The notes under the pieces were generated by a model. That model ran no database searches and was not told the origin of the DNA. It saw only the letters and a list, made by a program, of their open reading frames with translations. A stretch of DNA of 64,000 nt, taken from assembly GCA_963804995.1 (NCBI GenBank), contig CAWDSK010000006.1, forward strand, positions 320,001-384,000, written 5' to 3'. This DNA comes from an uncultured Acidobacteriota bacterium (GTDB lineage: Bacteria > Acidobacteriota > Terriglobia > UBA7540). Both the position numbers and the translations under genes were made by a program. Numbering within the stretch: the first letter of the stretch is position 1; every line of letters starts with the position of its first letter. Shown piece by piece: positions 58,076 to 64,000 of this stretch.

Positions 58076-59572
58076 ATGGCAGAGCACAAAGTATTACTCG
58101 TTGCTAACGAAGGCATCTTCGTGGGTCTCGCCAAACAGAACATGCTATTTCATCAGTGCATCAGTGAACTGGTAGACAACTCAATCGCTGCGACGCCGCA
58201 AAACCGGAAGTTTCGAATCGAAGTTCTGTTTTCGCCTAGACAGGACTCACCCGAGGTTGTGGATGTATACGTTGCAGACAACTGTGCAGGAATGACTTTG
58301 GAGCATTTAAAGAAAGCACTTCAACTGGGCGAATCTGCGAGTACGGAGAGTCGGCTCAACGAGCATGGATTCGGTCTGAAGAACGCACTGGCAACCCTTT
58401 CGGGAGGTAATGGACCCTGGAAGATATGGACAAAAACCGCTAGTTGCCCACAGGTTTCTTCGGCCGAGGGTCCGTTTAGATCTGAAATGGTAGTTAATGA
58501 CTCAGATGCTTTTCCCACCGATAATTTCCTGCCTCCCGATCTAGGAACATTGATAAAAGTCCCCGTCAAAAGAAGCTTCATTCAATCTGTTCAGGGTAGA
58601 GGTGCACCGACGATAGACCTGAGCCATTTGCGCGACTGGCTAATCGAGCATCTCGGAGTTTTCTACAGAGGTTACCTCGAACAAGATGATAAAACCTATG
58701 ATAACAGCGGAGTCATAGTCGTATCCATTGGCAATAACACTTTACAGGTACCACCAGTTCCCGTGCCGTTGGGAAATGTAAAAACTGATTACATAGACCT
58801 TGAGCTTGGCGGCACCGTGCAGAGGCTCAAATACAGGAGCGGTACACTCGACTTGGTAAAACGCGATGTGCTCGTGCGAGGCAATAAAGCAAAATTTTAC
58901 TATCAGAACAACATCCCGAGCCAAGGAATCGACATACGGCTTGGAAAGAGGGTCATTGCTACTAGGCAGTTCGAAACCATTTGGAAAACGAAAGATGGAC
59001 AAGATCGGCTGGCCCGACATAATAACTACAACGATTTCGCTGGGGAATTGCTTATCCCCGAATTGCCAAGAGGAGTGCTGACAACCGTAAACAACAAGAC
59101 GGATTTCAATTTGGATGACCCTGACTGGGCAAAGATCTTTTCCGAGCTCGGCAAAATACCCCCGCCGAAGCAAGTTAGGGAGATGAGTGAAGCAGAAATC
59201 AAGAAACAGTGGATCAAGATGCTTAGAGCAACAAATCCTGAGGATACGGTAACTGATGAAACATGCGTGTGGCCTACAGGTACTGCGATCGACGTTTACC
59301 GCCGAACGCCACAAGAGAAGATAATTATTTACGAGCTTAAGGTGGGATCAGGAGCACCCTTAAACCTCTACCAATTGAAAATGTATTGGGACGGTCTCGT
59401 AGTTGACAAGAAGGAATACCCGAGCGAGGCGGTTCTAATTGTGGAGGACTTCAGCAATAATTTGGAAGAGATGGCGAACATGATGAATAAACTGTCGCCG
59501 CCTGAGGGGAGTAAGCCCTATAATTTCAAGATTGAGAAATTGAAAGACAAAGGCCTCACCGGGAAAGATTAG
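58076..59572 (+). CDS. GHKL/MORC-type ATPase with a C-terminal PD-(D/E)xK nuclease-like domain
   Basis: 'ELVDNS', 'DNCAGM', 'GFGLKNA'; C-terminal 'IDV...IYELK...QL.MY'. Confidence 0.82.
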   Translation: MAEHKVLLVANEGIFVGLAKQNMLFHQCISELVDNSIAATPQNRKFRIEVLFSPRQDSPEVVDVYVADNCAGMTLEHLKKALQLGESASTESRLNEHGFGLKNALATLSGGNGPWKIWTKTASCPQVSSAEGPFRSEMVVNDSDAFPTDNFLPPDLGTLIKVPVKRSFIQSVQGRGAPTIDLSHLRDWLIEHLGVFYRGYLEQDDKTYDNSGVIVVSIGNNTLQVPPVPVPLGNVKTDYIDLELGGTVQRLKYRSGTLDLVKRDVLVRGNKAKFYYQNNIPSQGIDIRLGKRVIATRQFETIWKTKDGQDRLARHNNYNDFAGELLIPELPRGVLTTVNNKTDFNLDDPDWAKIFSELGKIPPPKQVREMSEAEIKKQWIKMLRATNPEDTVTDETCVWPTGTAIDVYRRTPQEKIIIYELKVGSGAPLNLYQLKMYWDGLVVDKKEYPSEAVLIVEDFSNNLEEMANMMNKLSPPEGSKPYNFKIEKLKDKGLTGKD

Positions 59573-59996
59573 CGGGTTGGATACTGCCAACTCAATCTTG
59601 AACCTGGTCTACACGCCAATCGCCTAGGCAGGTTTCATTACCCGTAAAACAGCAATCGCAATGCGCCTCGGGATGGGACGGGCGGCCAGGTCAGGTGCAG
59701 TCCACCCTCCTCCGTGGTTTTTAATTCATCGCGCATTCAAATGTTTATTTTACTCACGCGAAACGGCGAACGATCGACAGACGAACGCAAATTACGCGTA
59801 TGTCTGCGCTTCCCTCGATGACAAATCCGCAGTCAATTGGGTTTGTACTGACCTTTGCTTGATATACAATGCTGGCTTCTGGCTGTTTGCCCTTACACAG
59901 GATCTTGTTGCATAGGCGTCCTCGGTATACAATATCTAGGGGTCATGTTACGGATGCTTTCTGTCGATAAGATCCTGCGGCAACAAAGCAACCAGG

Positions 59997-60938
59997 ATGC
60001 CCTCGTGGACAACCGACCAGAGGTGTTCATCCCAATGGGTGACTGACTTGAACCAACAATTGCACGACATACAAAACACGCCTCATCAGCCCTACCTATT
60101 CAACTGGAGAGGGGATGACGTAAGGCCAAAACCGTTCCTCAAGTGGGCTGGGGGTAAATCCCACCTTTTACCCCTATTGCAGCGGTGTGTGCCTAAGAAC
60201 TTCGGTCGATATTTTGAACCTTTTTTGGGAGGAGGCGCTCTATTCTTTGGCCTTTGTCCTCCAAATGCCGTATTAAGTGACTCTAACCAGGAGTTGATTC
60301 ACTGTTACAAAATTATCCGGGACCGCCCTGAAGAAGTAATTCAAAGACTTACCAAAATGAAAGTCGGTGAAATCGAGTTTTACAAAATCAGGGCGTTGGA
60401 TGCTGAGTCACTTTCCGACATCGCCCGCGCTGCCAGGTTCATCTATCTTAACAAGACCTGTTTCAATGGTCTTTACAGGGTCAACAAACAGGGCATTTTT
60501 AATACTCCATTTGGCCGAAACAAAATCGCCTCATTCGTGGATCCCGAAAACTTGAGACGGGTCAGCAGGGCACTTCGAGAGGCAAGGCTAGAGTGTGCCG
60601 ACTACGGTGCCGTGCTAGAATCTGCGGCAGCGGGCGATTTTATTTATCTAGATCCCCCATATATGCCGATTGGAAAATATTCAGATTTCAAGCGGTATAC
60701 GAAAGAGCAGTTTCATGAGGCAGACCATGAGGAATTAGCCGAGACCTTCCGTGTTTTGGCGAAGAAAGGCTGCTTCGTTCTTATGAGCAATTCCCATCAT
60801 GAGAAGGTCGCGTCCCTATTCTCGGATTTCAACCAAGTGACTGTATCAGTTCCTCGCTTCGTGAGCTGCAAAGGGAATGGGCGGGGAAAAGTTAACGAAC
60901 TCCTTATTTCCAACTGTTCGTTGCCTGAGATTACATGA
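59997..60938 (+). CDS. Dam-family (D12 class) DNA adenine methyltransferase
   Basis: 'PFLKWAGGK', 'EPFLGGGA', 'FNGLYRVN', 'YLDPPY'; start codon uncertain. Confidence 0.92.
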   Translation: MPSWTTDQRCSSQWVTDLNQQLHDIQNTPHQPYLFNWRGDDVRPKPFLKWAGGKSHLLPLLQRCVPKNFGRYFEPFLGGGALFFGLCPPNAVLSDSNQELIHCYKIIRDRPEEVIQRLTKMKVGEIEFYKIRALDAESLSDIARAARFIYLNKTCFNGLYRVNKQGIFNTPFGRNKIASFVDPENLRRVSRALREARLECADYGAVLESAAAGDFIYLDPPYMPIGKYSDFKRYTKEQFHEADHEELAETFRVLAKKGCFVLMSNSHHEKVASLFSDFNQVTVSVPRFVSCKGNGRGKVNELLISNCSLPEIT

Positions 60939-61948
60939 GCTTTCCGGCCACCAAATACATGGGTAGCAAGCAAGCTATTCTCCCCTTCATCTTGGAACAT
61001 GTCAGGAGACTCGATTTCAAAAAGGCGCTGGACGCATTCTCGGGGTCGGCCTGCGTCGCTTACGGTCTCAAGCAACTCGGGGTTGAGGTGCATGCAAATG
61101 ATTTCCTGCAATTCACCTATCATATAGCCCGAGCCACCATTGAAAATAACGCGACACGTCTTACCGATGCAGACCTCCGTCAGCTCTTGAAGCCGAACAA
61201 AAGTGCGCAAGACTTTATTCATAAAACCTTCGGGTCACTCTATTTTTCTGCGGAAGATGACCGTTTCCTTGACGATCTGTGGGCGAACATCCAGGAATTG
61301 CGAAGTCCGCTGAAAAAGTCGCTCGCACTGGCAGCCGCCTGCCGCGCGGCCATGAAGAAACGACCCCGCGGAATCTTTACGTTCACTGGTAAGAAGGGTT
61401 GGGACGGTCGACAAGACCTTCAGTTAACCATGAGAGACCAGTTCTTGCGCGCGGTGATGCAATTTAACAATGCTGTGTGGTCTAACGGGAAAGCCAACCG
61501 CGCAATGTGCGGGGACGTATTCCATGTGGAGCCGGATCGATACGACTTAGTTTACATCGACACTCCGTACATTAGCCCCTATTCGGATTGTGACTATACG
61601 CGCCGATACCACTTCGTGGAAGGTTATTGTAGTTACTGGCAAGACTGCGAAATCATGGCCAGCACAACTACCAAAAAGATTCGGTCGTATGAAACTTCCT
61701 TCTCGACCAAGGCTGGTGCATATGATGCGTTCCAACGATTGTTCCATCACTTCCGGAAATCGAAATTGGTAGTCTCGTATTCGTCCAATTCCATTCCGAA
61801 TAAAAAAGAGATGATCGAGTTGCTTCAGCACGAGAAGAAAGATATAACCGTTTACGAAGCGGCTCACCGCTACAATCACGGCAATCACCGACACAAAGTC
61901 GGCGATAACAATAACGCGGTCATCGAATATCTGTTCGTTGCGACATGA
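60935..61948 (+). CDS. Second D12-class adenine methyltransferase (FokI-MTase-domain-like)
   Basis: 'YMGSK', 'DAFSGS', 'YIDTPY', 'DYTRRYHFVEG'; ATGA overlap with both neighbours. Confidence 0.88.
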   Translation: MSFPATKYMGSKQAILPFILEHVRRLDFKKALDAFSGSACVAYGLKQLGVEVHANDFLQFTYHIARATIENNATRLTDADLRQLLKPNKSAQDFIHKTFGSLYFSAEDDRFLDDLWANIQELRSPLKKSLALAAACRAAMKKRPRGIFTFTGKKGWDGRQDLQLTMRDQFLRAVMQFNNAVWSNGKANRAMCGDVFHVEPDRYDLVYIDTPYISPYSDCDYTRRYHFVEGYCSYWQDCEIMASTTTKKIRSYETSFSTKAGAYDAFQRLFHHFRKSKLVVSYSSNSIPNKKEMIELLQHEKKDITVYEAAHRYNHGNHRHKVGDNNNAVIEYLFVAT

Positions 61949-63183
61949 AAATCATACTGAATGACCACACCGCGGCGGCGAATTTTTCAACCGCTCTTGG
62001 AGAACTGATCGAGGGCGCTGACACGTTGTCCATGGCAGTCGCCTACCTTCAACGAGGCGGCTGGGACCTGTTGCGGCGGCGCATCGCCGGACTGAGTCTC
62101 GCGAAGATGCGAATGGTTTGCACCGATCAATTAGGTATAACGCAACCCACGGCTGTCAGCCGGGCATTGTCCAGCGGCGTTCAGATTAGGAACTTTACTG
62201 GGAACGTCACCTACCACCCAAAGGTCTATCTGGCCCACGACGCCAAGGGTCGGCCAATACGGTTCCTGGTATCAAGTGCCAATTTGAGCTTTTCGGCCTT
62301 CACTCACAGCGTGGAGGCCGGCATCCTAGGTTCCGACCCGACCGGCCTACGTACCCTTAGCGGATGGTTCGACGACCTGTTTAGGAATCGAAGCTCCCAG
62401 TTCACGCCTGAACGGCTGCTTGAGATGGAAGCGGCGTGGCGTGTCGCGGCAGCCCGGCGAACGCAAGCACGTCTTCGCGTCCGACGTGCGCTGGTGATTC
62501 CGGAGGGCGTGGCCCCTGCCCCACTCGAGCCTGAAGATATTGATGCTTTGGAAGACGTGTTCGCGACAATCCAGCTTCCCATCGGCCTTTTGAACATGGA
62601 CTATGCTGGGAACAACATCCGAAATGTCGGGCGAGCTCGGGAAGTACTGGCCGACTGGAACAGGGTGCGGATCGGGACGGGTGGCGCCTCTGGCAAACAG
62701 CGAAGTGAATTGAAGCTGCTGGGTTTTGCGGAAGGGCGGGACTTGACCCGACTAGGCCGCGCCGCTTCCGCTGCTGGTAGCAGGGAGGAAGTTGCGCGCC
62801 TGTGGTGCATGTGGCTACAGCGGACTCCCGACGGTGAACTGGCAGCGATCAATGAGAGGCTCTTGGTCGCGAAGCGCGTGTTCGCACAGTTCTGGCGGTT
62901 GCAGCCCGAAGTGCGGGATTATTTTCTCGCGAATGCCGAGAGTCCGGCAGATCGCCCGACGGCCCAAACTATCGAACTCCTCTGCAATGCCCGCGACGTT
63001 GTTCAGGAATTGTCTCTCGATGACATCCGAACCCTCACGCCGTTGCTGGAGCAGCCTCAGCGACTGCCACAGTTTGTCAGAGAGGCGATTGCGGACTACC
63101 AGGACAACAAGGGGATGCGTGGTTGGGATTTCCCTGACCGGCGGATTGTTCCTGTCGCGTGGCGGGAAGCTGCAGGTGGGTGA
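61945..63183 (+). CDS. PLD-family (HKD) nuclease with an unknown C-terminal domain; putative restriction endonuclease
   Basis: 'AVAY', 'YHPKVYL', 'SSANLS', 'EAG'; coupled to the methylases. Confidence 0.8.
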   Translation: MKIILNDHTAAANFSTALGELIEGADTLSMAVAYLQRGGWDLLRRRIAGLSLAKMRMVCTDQLGITQPTAVSRALSSGVQIRNFTGNVTYHPKVYLAHDAKGRPIRFLVSSANLSFSAFTHSVEAGILGSDPTGLRTLSGWFDDLFRNRSSQFTPERLLEMEAAWRVAAARRTQARLRVRRALVIPEGVAPAPLEPEDIDALEDVFATIQLPIGLLNMDYAGNNIRNVGRAREVLADWNRVRIGTGGASGKQRSELKLLGFAEGRDLTRLGRAASAAGSREEVARLWCMWLQRTPDGELAAINERLLVAKRVFAQFWRLQPEVRDYFLANAESPADRPTAQTIELLCNARDVVQELSLDDIRTLTPLLEQPQRLPQFVREAIADYQDNKGMRGWDFPDRRIVPVAWREAAGG

Positions 63184-63218
63184 TCGGGCACTTAGGTGAG
63201 ATATTCTATTCGTTAAGA

Positions 63219-63416
63219 TCACCGCTTTCGTGCTTTGGCAATCGCTCTCTCAGCGATTAGCTTGACGCGGTGGCCCGTTTCAGTGTTTGGGTTTCCTACG
63301 GTCAATAAGATGTCCTCAAGTGCTGTAAGCACATCGTCCAGCTCGGATTTAAGTTGTGCGGGAGTTTTCCGTTTGATTGGTTTGTCACTCTGGATTGCTT
63401 TTCCCATCGTTACCAT
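63219..63416 (-). CDS. Small hypothetical protein
   Basis: 65 aa helical ORF with GGAGG RBS. Confidence 0.45.
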   Translation of the reverse strand: MVTMGKAIQSDKPIKRKTPAQLKSELDDVLTALEDILLTVGNPNTETGHRVKLIAERAIAKARKR

Positions 63417-63460
63417 CCTCCGCCTACGAAGCGGGTCATTTTAGGACGTAGCTCTATACG

Positions 63461-63649
63461 TTATTCACACCCCTCGTAAAACCTGAGCCTGGGAAACTCT
63501 GAGAGCATGTCACGCCAAGCTAATCGGTCTGCTTCGGCGTCCGATTTGCCCTCATCCAAGTAGAAGCAGAAGGCGAATGCCCAGCAGTGATCTTCCTGCG
63601 GTGTGAGTATCGCGCGCCGTCTTTCCGTACGCCGAACATTTCCCGCCAC
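63461..63649 (-). CDS. Small hypothetical protein
   Basis: 62 aa ORF with GGAGG upstream. Confidence 0.4.
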   Translation of the reverse strand: MAGNVRRTERRRAILTPQEDHCWAFAFCFYLDEGKSDAEADRLAWRDMLSEFPRLRFYEGCE

Positions 63650-63720
63650 AGCCGCCCTCCTCAGTCAGAATGCATTTCTCAAGATAATCGGCAATATTTT
63701 CAAACACTTTAGTTCGTCTT

Positions 63721-63897
63721 CGGGCGCTCAACAAGAAAGATTTTATCCTTCAAGAAGTTTACGCGTTCGCCGCCCAGCTTCAAGCGCTGCATCCCGACAA
63801 CCGGCACGTGCCGGACAAGATCCGGCAGCAATTACAAGTCTTGCGCGACCTGGGGTTCATCGAATTCCTGGGCGGGGGGCGGTATCGGTGCTTGTAG
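63721..63897 (+). pseudogene. DpnI-like C-terminal winged-helix domain remnant
   Basis: Translates 'F.LQEVYAF..QL..LHPDNRHV.DKIRQQLQVLRDLGFIEFLG.GRY'; no start codon or nuclease domain upstream. Confidence 0.75.
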
Positions 63898-63902
63898 CGC
63901 AG

Positions 63903-64000
63903 GGCCCGCTCTCCGGCCCTGCGGCTCTTCCCCGGGGTATGTCAAGGCCGCGCCGTGAAAAACGCATCGCGGTGGAAAAGCCGCAAGGCCGGAGAGCGGG
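63903..64000. repeat. REP-like inverted repeat
   Basis: CCCGCTCTCCGGCCCTGCGGCT ... AGCCGCAAGGCCGGAGAGCGGG. Confidence 0.7.

Overview
This is a GC-rich (roughly 58-60% by eye) bacterial accessory region. Gene and repeat content look Acidobacteriota/Terriglobia-like, which is an inference. (1) 0.3-14 kb: a complete IS1634-family element; a duplicated membrane-protein-plus-leader module bracketing a GIDE-domain gene and a frameshifted secreted protease-like gene; a TssB/TssC-like sheath fusion; and a TPR-glycosyltransferase and hldC pair sharing a duplicated promoter. (2) 14-38.5 kb: a type VI secretion tail/baseplate operon (tssB-tssC-hcp-tagJ-tssA-tssE-tssF-tssG-tssH-unknown-vgrG-DUF6931-like-PAAR) with no tssJ/K/L/M in the window. 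It is flanked by two Ser/Thr kinases, a CsgG-like protein and two FGE/C-type-lectin-fold proteins. One of the latter carries an exact 36 bp repeat / 36 bp insert / 36 bp repeat. (3) 38.5-52 kb: decayed mobile cargo (TA modules, integrase remnants, metabolic genes) ending at a 3' half of tRNA-Met that looks like an att site. (4) 55.8-64 kb: a defence island with a dndC pseudogene, a truncated DNA methylase, a GHKL-ATPase/nuclease, two D12-class adenine methylases, a PLD nuclease and a DpnI C-terminal remnant. Many single-base frameshifts may be real decay or assembly errors. All product calls come from motif recognition by eye; no searches were run.
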